64,000 nucleotides of DNA from an uncultured Verrucomicrobiae bacterium (GCA_963726745.1 CAVSDR010000003.1:672001-736000); one strand, 5' to 3'; positions 10,943-23,045 are shown, numbered from the stretch's first letter. A program made the numbers and translations. Notes: generated by a model from the letters alone, not told the origin.

Positions 10943-12256
10943 CTAGAAACTGTAGGTGCCGTCGAGGGAAATGCGATTCTGCTGGTAATCGCGGAAGGGC
11001 ACGTCCGAATCCTTGCGCGTGTATTGGTAGCGCGCGCCCAAGGTCACGTGGCGGGTGAGCTGATAGCCGATCGACAGGGCGCCGCCGTAACGGTGGAGAT
11101 GTTCGTCGATGAAGCCGCCGGAATCCTCCGCGTCCTCGTAGAAGAACTCGGTCGAAAGAAGCGTGCGATTGACCAGGTTCCAGGTCGCAGTGTGGCGGAC
11201 GTAGTTGAGCTTGATGTAGTTCGAGTTTACGCCGAGCTGCGCTTCGTGGCCGAGCGCGAGGCGCTGGGTGATCGCGGAGTTCACCCGGTGGGAGAGGAGG
11301 ACGTTAATGTAGTAGTCCGAGAGATCGCGCGAGTCGTTGTAGAGCAGGAAGCTGCCATCGGGGAATGGCCCGAGCGCGACCACGCTGCTGTCGAAGTTAA
11401 TCATCTGGTAGCCGCCGGCGACGCGCAGCTTCATGTAATTGGTTAGCTGCGTCTCGACGAAGCCGCCAACGCTGAAGGTATCGGAATCATTCAGCAGGCT
11501 CTTGTCGTAGTTGTTGAAGACGTAGCTCGACTCCACGCCGACGCCGGTGGTGGTCGTGGCCGCGAAGCTGAGCGAACCGGAGAACTGCTCCGCGTTGCGA
11601 TCGAGGTAATCGAAATCGTCGTTCGTCGCGATGAAGGTGTAATGGTCGTAGCCCAGGGTCAGGACCGCTTTGTTCAAGTCCCACAAGAGCGAGACGCCGG
11701 CGGTGTTTTGGAAGCGGCCGTAATCGGCCACGCCGCTCAAGCCGGGCTCGCCGATCGGATCCTGCTCGAGCGAGAAGCGATCGTGGAAGTTCAGGCGGAA
11801 GTCGCCGACAAAGATGTCGAAGGAAAGCTGCGAGCCAGGCGCCAGGAGGATGCCGTTGGTGTTATACTCCGAATGAGTGGCATAGAAGGCGTAGCCCACT
11901 CCGATATCAAAGCGCAGCGTGTTCAGCTGCGTGATCGGCCAGAGGATGTTGAAGTTTACCTGTGGGCGGAAAATGAAATCATCCTGCGTATCGACATCGG
12001 CGATGTTGATATTGTCGTTATACTCGACCCCCGCGGTGGCGCTCAGGCGGAAACGAGCCGGGCCGATGAGCAGGTTATAAGGGATTTGGTCGAACGACTG
12101 CCGGCGCGCCTCGGCCGAGGCTTCCCCCGCGAGTGAGGGGCGCACGGCGTCCTGGGCACGGGCGGGCGAGACGGCCACAAGAAGCGGCAGGAGGAAGCTT
12201 AAGCCAATCCGCCTGGCGGATAAGCTCGGGCAGCGAAAGATGGAGAGACTGCTCAT
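10943..12256 (-). CDS. Outer-membrane beta-barrel protein, EPS-export associated
   Basis: Signal peptide (ARA-QD), alternating aromatic beta-strands, YNDNI motif, C-terminal DGTYSF; first gene of the wza-wzc operon. Confidence 0.8.
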   Translation of the reverse strand: MSSLSIFRCPSLSARRIGLSFLLPLLVAVSPARAQDAVRPSLAGEASAEARRQSFDQIPYNLLIGPARFRLSATAGVEYNDNINIADVDTQDDFIFRPQVNFNILWPITQLNTLRFDIGVGYAFYATHSEYNTNGILLAPGSQLSFDIFVGDFRLNFHDRFSLEQDPIGEPGLSGVADYGRFQNTAGVSLLWDLNKAVLTLGYDHYTFIATNDDFDYLDRNAEQFSGSLSFAATTTTGVGVESSYVFNNYDKSLLNDSDTFSVGGFVETQLTNYMKLRVAGGYQMINFDSSVVALGPFPDGSFLLYNDSRDLSDYYINVLLSHRVNSAITQRLALGHEAQLGVNSNYIKLNYVRHTATWNLVNRTLLSTEFFYEDAEDSGGFIDEHLHRYGGALSIGYQLTRHVTLGARYQYTRKDSDVPFRDYQQNRISLDGTYSF

Positions 12257-12589
12257 AGGTCAGGCGATTACTGGTGTTCGAAGTTAGCAGGAGCGGTACC
12301 ACGGCCGCCAATATTCCAGATTGTGGCCGTGGTTCGTAACGGGAATTTCCCTTTCCCGGGGATCTCGTTAGACAAAATTTTGTTCTCCAGCTGGGCGTTG
12401 TTTCGGGGAAGTTTTACTGGGGGGCCGCGAGACGGCGCAAGACAAATCGCCCGGGGTAACCGGGTGCTTCTGCCCTCAGGGATGCTTCACTGGATGGCCC
12501 CACGCGCGCTTCCTTTGCTTGAAGAGACCGCCTCCCGCAATGGAAAATTTTTCGCCGTTGGCAAGCTCCAAGCTTTTTAGGAAAGCGAA

Positions 12590-13804
12590 ATGAACCGCTT
12601 CCGTCTCCTTCCCTGCCTTCTCCTGCCGCTCGCGGCGGCCGTCGTCTCCTTCGGCGCCCTCACGCCCAGTCGCGCGGCCGATGTGGTCGACTCCGCCGAA
12701 GAAAGTAACACCGCCAAGAACCTCGCCCGGATGAATTGCGGGGCGCAAATCGAGTGCATCACGCCCGATGGCCGCAGCGTCCAGGTGGCCGACATGCGCG
12801 ACCGCGAACAAGCGCCGGCGGCCTTGATCCTCGACAACACGCTCAGCTGCCCGCTGCAGGAAGGGCGCACCACCTTCATTATTAAATTAGCCAGCGTCTC
12901 GCAGCTCGATCGCTTTAACTTCGTGAACGAAAACGCCGCGGCCGCTGGCCAGCTGAAGATTGCGGTCTCGAATTACCAGCTCCCTGCGGCGAGCAATAAA
13001 TGGGTCGAGGTCGCCGGCGAAGTCTCCTTCGCGCACAAGCGCTTCTTTAATCTCTCGCTCCTCGGCGTGGAAGCGCGTTATGTGAGGCTTTCCTTCGAGG
13101 TGGCGAAACCCGGCCAGATCGCCGCCCTTGGCCTCTACGGCGGCCAGTCGCTCGAGGCTTTCTCGAAAAATAACCGGCATCTTCTGCGCGACGGGAATGG
13201 CGGAAGCCATCTCCTCCAGGTGGGCCACAAAAAAGGAAATCGCCCGCTCGAGGAAGCGATCAATTTCGACTTCGCCAACCTCTACGCGCACGGCCACGTG
13301 GTCTACGTCAGCTCCGGTATGGCCCAGGGCGCCCCGCGCATGATCGACGACGACACCAGCACGAGCTTCCGTTTTGCCGCGACCGATCTGCATCCCACCA
13401 CCGTGGTCGAACTCGAGCAACGCCCGGAAATTCACCGCATCACCGCCGTCTACCAGATGGAGCCCGGCCGTCTCGACGTTTATCTCTTGAACGAACTCCA
13501 GGCCAACCCCGGGGACCTGAGCAAGGCGAAGCGCGTCGCCTCCGTGGAAGATCGCGACGAGCAGGGCAAAGCGTCGGTTAATTTCGACCCGCAAGACGCC
13601 CGCTACGTCGCCCTGCGTTGGACCCCGGCGGGCGAGCGCCATGATGGCAAGGCCTTCGAAATCGCCGAGATCAACGCCTACGGCGAAGTCGCGCTCTCGA
13701 TGTTGAACTTCAGCGCCTTCCCGGAAATCGCGAGCATCGCTCCTTCGCTGGAGCCGCCGGCCGCTTCCATCGGCATCCCCTTTGTGCCGGAAGTCAGTCC
13801 GTAG
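12590..13804 (+). CDS. Secreted protein with two discoidin/F5-8-like beta-sandwich domains
   Basis: Signal peptide; two halves ending EARYVRLSF and DARYVALRW...FEIAEINAYG. Confidence 0.6.
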   Translation: MNRFRLLPCLLLPLAAAVVSFGALTPSRAADVVDSAEESNTAKNLARMNCGAQIECITPDGRSVQVADMRDREQAPAALILDNTLSCPLQEGRTTFIIKLASVSQLDRFNFVNENAAAAGQLKIAVSNYQLPAASNKWVEVAGEVSFAHKRFFNLSLLGVEARYVRLSFEVAKPGQIAALGLYGGQSLEAFSKNNRHLLRDGNGGSHLLQVGHKKGNRPLEEAINFDFANLYAHGHVVYVSSGMAQGAPRMIDDDTSTSFRFAATDLHPTTVVELEQRPEIHRITAVYQMEPGRLDVYLLNELQANPGDLSKAKRVASVEDRDEQGKASVNFDPQDARYVALRWTPAGERHDGKAFEIAEINAYGEVALSMLNFSAFPEIASIAPSLEPPAASIGIPFVPEVSP

Positions 13805-13999
13805 GCGTCGCGGCTTCTGCTTCTGTCATCCGGTTTGAGGCTGGCGCAGGCCAGGAAGCCAACAGCGCGCACCGCCTGCCGCTCGAAAGCGCCACGTGCT
13901 CATGATCATCCACCGGCTCTTGGTTTCTCTCGGCTGCTTCTGTTGCACCGCGCACTCGGCGGTCGCGACTTTACTCTGGATGCTCCTGCGCGTGCGCTC

Positions 14000-15773
14000 A
14001 TGAACGAGGGCAACGCCAGCGTGCGCGACCTGGAGCGCCGGGAATGGTTGCGCCGATGCGGACGGTGGGCCGGCGTGGCCACCGCAGTCGCGCTGCTCGG
14101 TTTCGCCGGCTGGCACGGCTACGGACAGCTCCGGCAGCGTCAGCTTAGCCGGCAAGTTCAGCAATTCGCCGGGCAGAACGATCTCGCCCGTGCGGCCGTG
14201 GCTGCGCGACAGCTGCTCCTGCTCGATCCCGATCACTTCGAGGCTCTCACCGTGATCGCGCAGCTGGCTGACGCAAACGGGCGCGAGGAAGCGCTCGCTG
14301 CCTGGCGCGAGGTGGCCGCGCGACGGCCGGGTGATCCTGCCGGCGCGTTGCCCTACGCCCGCGCGGCGCTCCGCCTCGGGCATGCCGATTTGGCCGAGTC
14401 GATTCTCGCGGCCCTCCCCGCGACCGCACGCGACGCTGGCTATTTTCAAGTGGCCGGAGAGGTGGCCACGGAGAAAAAAGATTTCGCCGCCGCCCTGGTC
14501 CACTTCCGGCACGCACAGTCCCTCGCGCCCGGCGACGAAGCGCTCGCGCTTCGCCTTGCCAATCTTGAGCTCACCATCGGCGACCCCGCCGACGCCGAGG
14601 CCGCGCATGTTCGCCTAACGAGTTTAGCCGATCAGGGTGCAGTTCGCTTTCCGGCCGCCCGGGCCCTCGCGCTGGACGCGCTCAGGCGACGTGACCAACC
14701 AGCGGCGCTCCGCTGGGCCGCTCTCCTGCAGGTCCAACCGCACCCACCGGTGGCCGACGATCTTCTGCTACTCGAAGCCGCCGGCGAGAGCGGTTTTGCA
14801 CTGGACTTCCTCCACCGCCTCGAAAACCGAGTCGCCGCAGAACCTGCAGCAGTCGCCGCGGTCGTGACCTGGCTGAATGACCACAGGCAAGCTGCGCGCG
14901 CGGTGCAATGGCGCGAGTCGCTCTCTGCGGCCACGCTCGCCGTGCACCCGGTGCCGCTCGCATTCGCGGAATCGTTTAGCCTGCTCGAGGATTGGACCGC
15001 GCTGCAGGCGTGGGTCGCGGGGAAAGAACTGGGGCGAATTCGAGAGCTTGCGCCTGGCGGTGCAAAGCCATGCGCTCCGCCGCTTGCATCCCGCCGTCGA
15101 AACGCCCCTCGCCGCGCAGATCGCCTGGCGCGCCGCGCTCAAGGCCGCGCCGCCGGCGCAATTGCTCACGATCGCGCAGCTCGCCGAGGGCTGGGGCTAC
15201 GCCGGCGAAGCCGAGGAAGCCTGGTGGCTCCTGGCCAATCAGACCGGCGAGGCACGCGCCAGCCTCTCGGCCCTGCAGCGGATCTACCAGGCGAAGCGCG
15301 ACACTCGCGGCCTCCTCCGCGTGGCCCGGCGCGCGCTGGAGTTGGACCCGGGCGATCTCGTGGCCGCGAACAACTGTGCCAGCCTCGGCCTGCTGCTCGA
15401 TCCGGGCGACCGCGCCGGCTTCCGTCTCGCGGAAAAGTTGCACGCTGACCATCCTCAGAATCGCGCTTTCACCGCCACTTTTGCCTACGCTTTGCATGCG
15501 CACGGCCGCACCGCCGAGGCCTCGCGCGTGCTCGAAACGCTCGACGAAAAAACGCTCCGCGATCCGGCGATCGCAGCCTACTACGTTTGCCTGCTGGCCG
15601 CAGAGGGACGCATCGAGCGCGCGCGCAATTTTCTCCTGGAAGCGAAACGCGCCGCGCTCCTGCCGGAAGAAGAGAAGCTCCTGGCCGCGGCCAGCCGCAA
15701 GATTTTAGCCGACAACTCGAGGCCGTTCGCCCCGCGGCTTGCGAGCGAGAACACCGCGCTGGCTGCGCCCTAA
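14000..15773 (+). CDS. Membrane-anchored TPR-like alpha-helical repeat protein; one apparent +1 error near 15025
   Basis: ORFs 13835..15448 and 14877..15773 join at WVAGK/NWGEFESLRL. N-terminal TM and Ala/Leu-rich TPR-like helices (ALELDPGDLVAANN). Confidence 0.7.
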
Positions 15774-15961
15774 ACTGCGTCGCATTTTTGCAAAGCGATC
15801 GCCGCGCAGATGCCCGCGGGGCCTATGATTTTTCAGCCGCGTTATGGGTTGCACGCTCCGGCCTCAAGCGATCAACCGGCGCAATTCCCCGCGCCGGAAA
15901 AGCCGCTAGGGGCACGGCACTAGCTAAAGAAGAATGCGGCCTCACCAACCACCAAAACAAC

Positions 15962-17617
15962 ATGCGCCATGCAACGAACCTGCCGGAGTCCGCAACTTTG
16001 AAACGCACTCCAGTGGCGCGCAGAAACGGAAAGAACCCATCTCATGAAAACCCTCGCCCAGAGAGCCCAGGCGGCCCGGATGAAAGCGCGCAATATTTTG
16101 CGCTGGCCGCGCGGGCCACGAATGACGCGCTTCGGCATTGGCATGTAAAAAGCGGCCGCCTCAGCTGGCCCCAGGGACTCACCAGCCTGCTCGGCTACGA
16201 GCCCTCGGCGATCACCGATGAAATCGGATTTTGGCAGCGACATCTGCACACCGAGGATCGCGCCGGGACCGCCGCCAGCATCCGCGACGCGCTGGCGCAC
16301 AGCGACCATTGGAGCGGCGAATACCGTTTCCGCCGCGCCGATGGGCGCTACCTGCTCATCCTCGAGCGGGCCACGATCGAGCGCGACGCCAGCGGGGCCG
16401 CGGTCGGTTTTGTCGGCTCGCTCATGGACATCACCGCGCGCAAGCAACTGCAGGATCAGCTCTGCCGTTCGCAGCGGATGGAAGCCTTCGGCCAGCTCGC
16501 CGGCGGCGTGGCGCACGACTTCAATAACTTCCTCACCACCATCCTCGGCTACAGCGACCTCTTGTTAGGCGACACGCAGGTGAAGGGCGCGGTCGCGAGC
16601 CACGTCACCGAGATCCGCAGCGCGGCCAAGCGCGCCGCCGCCCTGACCGCGCAACTGCTCGCCTTTAGCCGGCGACATCCGCTGGAGCCGCGCGTGCTCG
16701 AGGTGAACACACTTATCACCAATCTGGAGCACTCCTTCCTCCGCCTCCTGGGCGAAAACATCCAGGTGCAATGCGAGCTCCATCGCGCCCGCGAAGGCGC
16801 CCAGATCAAGGTCGACCCCAATCAATTTACCCAGATCATTCTTAACCTGGTGATCAACGCCCGCGACGCCATGCCCAAGGGCGGTCGCCTCCACCTCAGC
16901 ACCGGCACCCTCCGAATCCACGATCACACCCCGGGCGCCCCTGCAAGCGACGACGAACTCGCCCCCGGCGATTATGTTTCCATCACCGTGCGCGACAACG
17001 GCGTCGGCATGACCCCGGCAGTCAAGGCGCGCCTCTTCGAGCCCTTCTTCACCACCAAGGAAGCGCGCGAACGCAGCGGCCTCGGCCTGGCCACGAGCTA
17101 CGGGATCATTCGCCAAAGCGGCGGCCGCATCCGCGTGCAGAGCGAGCCGGATTGCGGCACCACGGTCACGATTTACCTCCCGAAAGCGCCTGCGGCGAGC
17201 AAGCCGACCTACCAGAAACCGCGCGCTGAAAAATGGCCTACGGGGACGGAAACCATCCTCGTGGTTGAAGACGACATCAGCGTGCGCCACATCGCCGTGC
17301 GCGTGCTCCGCAGCCTGGGCTATCAGGTGATCGAGGCGGCCAACGGCGACGACGCGCAGTTGCTCCTGGCCGACGACCAGGCGCGGACGATCGACCTCCT
17401 GCTCACAGATGTCGTCATGCCGCACATGAGCGGGAATCATTTTGCCGACTGGCTGCGGGCCGAACGTCCCGCGACCAGCGTGATCTTCATCTCCGGCTAC
17501 CTCGAGGATTCACTCGAGGAGAGTCTCGGCTGCAGCGCCACGACTTTCCTCCCGAAGCCCTTCGAGCCCGCGCAACTCGCGCTCAAAGTCCGCGAAATGC
17601 TCGATGCGCGGAGTTGA
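15962..17617 (+). CDS. Hybrid sensor histidine kinase (PAS-HisKA-HATPase-REC)
   Basis: PAS (EYRFRRADGRY), H-box GVAHDFNN, N-box NLVINARDA, FEPFFTTK, GLGLA, receiver VVEDD...LLTDVVMP...KPF. Start uncertain. Confidence 0.92.
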   Translation: MRHATNLPESATLKRTPVARRNGKNPSHENPRPESPGGPDESAQYFALAARATNDALRHWHVKSGRLSWPQGLTSLLGYEPSAITDEIGFWQRHLHTEDRAGTAASIRDALAHSDHWSGEYRFRRADGRYLLILERATIERDASGAAVGFVGSLMDITARKQLQDQLCRSQRMEAFGQLAGGVAHDFNNFLTTILGYSDLLLGDTQVKGAVASHVTEIRSAAKRAAALTAQLLAFSRRHPLEPRVLEVNTLITNLEHSFLRLLGENIQVQCELHRAREGAQIKVDPNQFTQIILNLVINARDAMPKGGRLHLSTGTLRIHDHTPGAPASDDELAPGDYVSITVRDNGVGMTPAVKARLFEPFFTTKEARERSGLGLATSYGIIRQSGGRIRVQSEPDCGTTVTIYLPKAPAASKPTYQKPRAEKWPTGTETILVVEDDISVRHIAVRVLRSLGYQVIEAANGDDAQLLLADDQARTIDLLLTDVVMPHMSGNHFADWLRAERPATSVIFISGYLEDSLEESLGCSATTFLPKPFEPAQLALKVREMLDARS

Positions 17618-17641
17618 TGGCTAACGATTGATGGTTGATAG
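17614..17641. repeat. Degenerate heptamer tandem repeat (4 units) spanning the gap between kinase and ilvA
   Basis: TTGATGG CTAACGA TTGATGG TTGATAG. Confidence 0.5.
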
Positions 17642-17648
17642 GAGCAGC

Positions 17649-18891
17649 GTGGCGCACGTTGCTTCCTCCTCGGCCAAGCCGGTCACCTTCGACGACATCA
17701 AGGCCGCGCGCACCCGCATCAAAGGCGCGGTTTATTACTCGCCCTGCCCGGTTTCGATTCCGCTGAGCGAGCTCACGGGCATGCAGATTTACTGCAAACT
17801 CGACAACCTCCAGCGCACCGGAAGTTTCAAGGAACGCGGCGCGCGCAACGCCCTGGCGCAGTTGCCTAACCGAGCAGCAAAAGCGCGGCGTCATCGCCGC
17901 TTCCGCGGGGAATCACGCGCAGGCGCTGGCCTACCAGGGGCGTTTGCTCGGCATCCCCGCGACCGTCGTCATGCCGCAGTTCGCGCCGCTGATTAAGGTG
18001 AGCAATTGCCAGAAGCTCGGCGCGACCGTGGTCATGCACGGGAAGGATTTCGGCGAAGCCAAGGCGCACGCGCATGAGCTGGCGAAGGAACGCGGCCTGG
18101 CCTACATCGACGGCTACGACGATCCCGCGATCATCGCCGGCCAGGGCACGATGGGTTTTGAGATTGTCGATCAGGTGCCGGACCTCGATGCGGTCATTTG
18201 CCCGGTCGGCGGCGGCGGCTTGCTCGCGGGCGTCGCGCTCGCAGTGAAAACCTTGCGCCCGAAAGCGCAGGTCATCGCGGTCGAAGCGGAAAACACCGCC
18301 AGCTTTTCCGCCGCGCTCAAAGCCGGGGGCCCCTGCCGCTTCGACACGCACCCGACATTGGCCGACGGCCTCGCCATTCCCACCGTGGGCACGAACGCCT
18401 ACAACGTGGCGCATGACCTGATCGATCGCTGCCTGACCGTGTCCGAAGAACAAATCGCGGTCGCTATCCTGCGCATCGTCGAATTGGAGAAAGGCGTGGT
18501 CGAAGGCGCCGCCGCCACTCCCCTCGCCGCCTGTTTGTCCGGACAGCTTCCGGAATTAGCTGGCAAAAAAGTCGTCCTCCTGCTCTGCGGCGGGAACATC
18601 GACCCGAACGTCCTCAGCCGCGTGATCGAGCGCGGCCTCGTGGCCGACGGCCGGCTCGGGCGCTTCGTCGCCGTGATCAGCGACCGTCCCGGCGGCCTGG
18701 CCGACCTGACCGCGAAAATCGCCGCCACCGGCGCGAGCATCAAACAAGTGGTGCACGACCGCGCCTTTGCCGGCAGCGATGTCAGCGCGGTCCATGTCCT
18801 CTGCACGATCGAGACGCGCAACCACGAGCACCTCGCCGAAGTGCGCGCCAAGCTCCAGGCCGACGGCGTGCGCACAATCGACGCGCGTTAG
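17649..18891 (+). CDS. ilvA: Threonine ammonia-lyase with C-terminal ACT domain; one apparent +1 error near 17870
   Basis: PLP lysine motif [19 protein letters not shown] in the second frame, PVGGGGL, CGGNID, ACT ([11 protein letters not shown]). TAGGAG precedes GTG 17649. Confidence 0.88.
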
Positions 18892-18949
18892 CAGCCGGGT
18901 GCCGCGGGGGCGGTTCTTGAATCTGCACCCGCCTTTCGTAGCTTCATTG

Positions 18950-21883
18950 ATGCATCAAGCGAACACGGGCGTTCTCGAAAAGAAACCTTCCACACGCGGC
19001 GAAAAATCCGCCGAAATCCCCGTGCTCGAACGCCAGGATGCCTTTGCCCGGCGTCACATTGGGCCGACGCCGGCGGAGATCGCGGCCATGGTGGAAACGA
19101 CCGGCGCCGGGAGCCTTGATGCGCTGATTGACTCGACCGTGCCGAAGGACATCCGGCTGAAAGGCGCGCTCCATTTGCCCGCGGCCAAGAGCGAAGGCGA
19201 AGCGCTCAATGAGCTCCGCGCGATCGCGCAGAAAAACAAAGTGCTGCGTAATTTCATCGGCGCCGGTTACTCCGATACGATCACGCCGCCGGTGATCCAG
19301 CGGAACATCCTCGAGAATCCCGGCTGGTATACCGCCTACACGCCTTACCAGGCGGAGATCGCGCAAGGCCGGCTCGAGGCGCTGGTGAACTTCCAGACGA
19401 TGATCACCGACCTGACCGCGCTCGACATTGCCAATGCCTCGATGCTTGACGAGGCGACGGCGGCCGCGGAAGCGATGGCGCTTTGCCGCGCGGTCGTGAG
19501 CGGGCGCGATGCCTTCTTTGTCTCCGAGCTCTGCCATCCGCAGACGATCGAGGTCGTGCGCACGCGCGCGCAGCCGCTCGGGGTGCAAGTGATCGTGGGC
19601 GATCACACGGCGTTCGATTTTAAGCAGTCGGTCTTCGGCGTGCTCCTGCAATATCCGGCGACCGACGGCGCGATCCACGATTACGAAGCGTTCGTTAGCC
19701 AGGCACACGCGGCTGGCGCGCTCGCGATCGTCGCGGCGGACTTGCTCAGCCTCACGCTCCTGCGCGCGCCCGGCGAGTTCGGCGCCGACGTGGCCGTGGG
19801 AAATAGCCAGCGCTTTGGCGTCCCGCTCGGCTTCGGTGGGCCGCACGCGGCTTACATGGCCACGCGCGATGCCCACAAGCGTTACCTCCCCGGCCGCCTC
19901 GTCGGCGTCTCGCACGATGCCGAAGGCCGGCCCGGTTACCGTCTCGCGCTGCAAACGCGCGAGCAACACATCCGGCGCGACAAAGCCACGAGCAACATCT
20001 GCACGGCGCAGGTGCTCCTCGCGGTCATGGCCTCAATGTATGCGGTCTATCACGGGCCGCGCGGCTTGCGCGCGATCGCCGGGCGAGTGCATGACTATGC
20101 GGCCAGGCTCGCGCAGGGCCTGGAGCAGCTCGGCTTCGAGATCGCACACGAGCACTTCTTCGACACCGTGCGCGTGGAATTAGGCGACGCCATGTCGGCC
20201 GACATCCTGCAACGGGCCGAGCGCGCCGGCTGCAATCTCCGCTCGTTAGGCCAACACGCCGTCGGCATTGCCCTCGACGAAACCACCACCGATGCCGACC
20301 TCGAGCTCCTGATGTCGATCTTCCGCGGCACTTCCGTGCGCGATTATGAGGACGACGCGCTCGACGGCTCCGCCTTTGGCATTCCGGAAAGCGCGCAGCG
20401 CACGAGCGAATACCTGACGCATCCGATCTTCAACACTCACGAGACTGAGACGGAGATGCTGCGTTACCTGCGCCGGCTCGAATCGCGCGACCTCTCGCTC
20501 TGCCACTCGATGATCCCGCTCGGCTCCTGCACGATGAAGCTGAACGCGACCGCGGAGATGTTCCCGGTTTCCTGGCCGGAATTTTCGAAGCTCCACCCGT
20601 TTGCGCCTGAGTCCCAGACCGCCGGCTATCGCGAGATGTGCGAGCAGCTCGGCATCTGGCTGGCGGAGATCACCGGCTTTGCGGCGGTCTCCCTGCAGCC
20701 GAATGCCGGTTCGCAGGGCGAATACGCCGGCCTGCTCGCAATTCGCGGTTACCACCAGGCGCGCGGCGAAGCGCATCGCAACGTTTGCCTCATTCCGCAA
20801 TCGGCCCACGGAACCAATCCCGCGAGCGCGGTCATGGCGGGCTTCAAGGTGGTGCCGGTGGCGACTTCGAAAGATGGCGACATCGACCTCGCCGATCTGC
20901 GCGCGAAAGCCGACCAGCACGCGAACGATCTCGCCGCGCTCATGGTCACCTATCCCTCGACGCACGGCGTTTTCGAGACCGCGATCCGCGAAGTCTGCGA
21001 GATCGTGCACTCGCATGGCGGCCAGGTTTACATGGATGGCGCGAACATGAATGCGCAGGTCGGGCTTTGCCGCCCGGGCGATTTCGGGCCGGACGTTTGC
21101 CATCTGAATCTGCACAAAACTTTCTGCATTCCGCACGGCGGCGGCGGCCCCGGCATGGGACCGATCGGCGTGGCCGGGCATCTCGTGCCCTTCCTTCCGG
21201 CGCATCCAAAAATTAGCCAGCCAGATGGCGCCACCGCCTCGCCTACCGGCCCGGTTTCCGCGGCGCCTTTCGGCAGCGCGAGCATCCTCACGATCTCCTG
21301 GATGTATATCCGCATGATGGGCGCGGACGGCCTGGCCGAAGCGACCAAGGTGGCGATCCTGAACGCGAACTACATCGCCAGGCGGCTCGACCAATATTTC
21401 CCGGTGCTCTACCGCGGCGCGCACGGCACGGTGGCGCACGAGTGCATCGTCGACCTCCGGCAATTCAAAAGCGCGGGCGTCGAGGTGGAAGATGTGGCCA
21501 AGCGGTTGATGGATTACGGCTTTCACGCACCGACGGTTTCGTTCCCGGTCGCGGGCACGATGATGATCGAGCCGACCGAAAGCGAGGCGAAGGAGGAGCT
21601 GGATCGTTTCTGTGAAGCGATGATCCTGATCCACGGCGAGATCCAGGAAGTGGTCGACGGCAAAGCGGACCGGAAAGACAACGTCTTGAAACACGCACCG
21701 CACACCGCCAGCAAAGTCACCGCCGATGAGTGGACCCGGCCCTACTCGCGCCAGCGCGCCGCTTACCCGGCGCCGTGGACGCGCGACTTCAAGTTCTGGC
21801 CCGCGGTCGCGCGGATCGACAACGTCTACGGCGATCGCAATCTCTTCTGCTCCTGCGTGCCGATGGACGGCTTGCCGGAATAG
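18950..21883 (+). CDS. gcvP: Glycine dehydrogenase (decarboxylating), glycine cleavage P protein
   Basis: [34 protein letters not shown] site [19 protein letters not shown]-terminal [13 protein letters not shown]. Confidence 0.97.
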   Translation: MHQANTGVLEKKPSTRGEKSAEIPVLERQDAFARRHIGPTPAEIAAMVETTGAGSLDALIDSTVPKDIRLKGALHLPAAKSEGEALNELRAIAQKNKVLRNFIGAGYSDTITPPVIQRNILENPGWYTAYTPYQAEIAQGRLEALVNFQTMITDLTALDIANASMLDEATAAAEAMALCRAVVSGRDAFFVSELCHPQTIEVVRTRAQPLGVQVIVGDHTAFDFKQSVFGVLLQYPATDGAIHDYEAFVSQAHAAGALAIVAADLLSLTLLRAPGEFGADVAVGNSQRFGVPLGFGGPHAAYMATRDAHKRYLPGRLVGVSHDAEGRPGYRLALQTREQHIRRDKATSNICTAQVLLAVMASMYAVYHGPRGLRAIAGRVHDYAARLAQGLEQLGFEIAHEHFFDTVRVELGDAMSADILQRAERAGCNLRSLGQHAVGIALDETTTDADLELLMSIFRGTSVRDYEDDALDGSAFGIPESAQRTSEYLTHPIFNTHETETEMLRYLRRLESRDLSLCHSMIPLGSCTMKLNATAEMFPVSWPEFSKLHPFAPESQTAGYREMCEQLGIWLAEITGFAAVSLQPNAGSQGEYAGLLAIRGYHQARGEAHRNVCLIPQSAHGTNPASAVMAGFKVVPVATSKDGDIDLADLRAKADQHANDLAALMVTYPSTHGVFETAIREVCEIVHSHGGQVYMDGANMNAQVGLCRPGDFGPDVCHLNLHKTFCIPHGGGGPGMGPIGVAGHLVPFLPAHPKISQPDGATASPTGPVSAAPFGSASILTISWMYIRMMGADGLAEATKVAILNANYIARRLDQYFPVLYRGAHGTVAHECIVDLRQFKSAGVEVEDVAKRLMDYGFHAPTVSFPVAGTMMIEPTESEAKEELDRFCEAMILIHGEIQEVVDGKADRKDNVLKHAPHTASKVTADEWTRPYSRQRAAYPAPWTRDFKFWPAVARIDNVYGDRNLFCSCVPMDGLPE

Positions 21884-21892
21884 CCGACGACT

Positions 21893-23014
21893 TCACGGCT
21901 TCGGCGGCAACGCCGCCTGCGCCAGCTCGTCGGCAAAATCCTTCAGCGACCGATCAACCCGCGATTCGTCGCTGGTGTTGAGCTGCACTGCGACCGCGAC
22001 GCCCGCCTCCGGATACCAGCGCGCCTGCGTGAAGTAGCCCGGGAAAAAACCGCCATGCCCGTGCGCTTCGCCGAGCGGCGTCGGTTCCACTTCCACGCCC
22101 AAAGCTGACTTCGCACCCTCGCCCAACTCGGAGGCGTCGACTGTCTGGAAAACTTCCGGGAGAAGCTTTGCGTCAAAGGCGCGGCCGGTGGAGAACGCCG
22201 CCATCCAGCGCGCGAGGTCGAGCGGATTGGTCACGAAGCCGCCACCGCCCCACTCGAAACGCGGGTCCATTACCAGCACGCCGTCGCGCACCATCTTGTC
22301 GCCGCCGAAAGGATTTTTCGCGCCGGCGTAACCGGGGACGAGTCCCGGGATTTTCGGACGATCGGCCGGGACAATGCCGGTGAGTTTCAACGGCTCGAGC
22401 AGGCGACGACGGATTTCTGCGTAGGCGGTTTGACCGGTCACCTTCTCGATGATGAAAGCGAGCAATTGGTAGTTCACGTCCGAGTAGCTGAACTTCGCGC
22501 CCGCGGGATGAAGCGCTTTCGTGACCGACTGCACCGTCTCCAGCGGCGGGCGTTCCTTGGCGGGATCCTCGACCAGCGCGCGCATGAAGTCGTCGCCAAA
22601 ACCGGGGAGCCCGGTGGTGTGATTGAGCAGCATCCGCACGGTGATGGCGTCGCCGTTAGGCAGCTTCGCGAACCACGGCTCCGCGCCGAGATACTTTGAG
22701 ATCTGGTCGTCTAACTGGAGCTTCCCTTCCGCGACCAACTGCAGCGCGACCGCGGCGAAGAAGGTCTTCCCGATGCTCCCGCCGTGCATCAAATCGGTCG
22801 GCCGCATGGGCGTTTTCGCCTCGCGATCCGAAACGCCCGTGGCGACGGCAAACGAGCGACCATCGCGGTAGAACACGCCAGCGACCGCGCCGGGAAAACC
22901 GCTCGACTCGTGGAAGGCGTCGAGCTTTTTCTGCACGCGCGCCTTGGCGGCCTCATCCGGCGCGGCAATCGCGAGGCGGGTAATGAGAACAAGGCCGACG
23001 AGGAGCATGCGCAT
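21893..23014 (-). CDS. Secreted serine hydrolase (class C beta-lactamase/D-peptidase family)
   Basis: Signal peptide, SxxK (GSIGKTF), LLNHTTG, FSYSDVNY, GHGG. Confidence 0.88.
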   Translation of the reverse strand: MRMLLVGLVLITRLAIAAPDEAAKARVQKKLDAFHESSGFPGAVAGVFYRDGRSFAVATGVSDREAKTPMRPTDLMHGGSIGKTFFAAVALQLVAEGKLQLDDQISKYLGAEPWFAKLPNGDAITVRMLLNHTTGLPGFGDDFMRALVEDPAKERPPLETVQSVTKALHPAGAKFSYSDVNYQLLAFIIEKVTGQTAYAEIRRRLLEPLKLTGIVPADRPKIPGLVPGYAGAKNPFGGDKMVRDGVLVMDPRFEWGGGGFVTNPLDLARWMAAFSTGRAFDAKLLPEVFQTVDASELGEGAKSALGVEVEPTPLGEAHGHGGFFPGYFTQARWYPEAGVAVAVQLNTSDESRVDRSLKDFADELAQAALPPKP

Positions 23015-23045
23015 GCCAGAGCGTAGGCAATGCTCTTCGAGCGAG

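Noticed and set aside
18892..18949. Glycine riboswitch ahead of gcvP
   Set aside because: The gap is under 60 nt and shows no recognisable aptamer.
21893..23014. Antibiotic-resistance beta-lactamase
   Set aside because: Only generic serine-hydrolase family motifs; substrate cannot be inferred.
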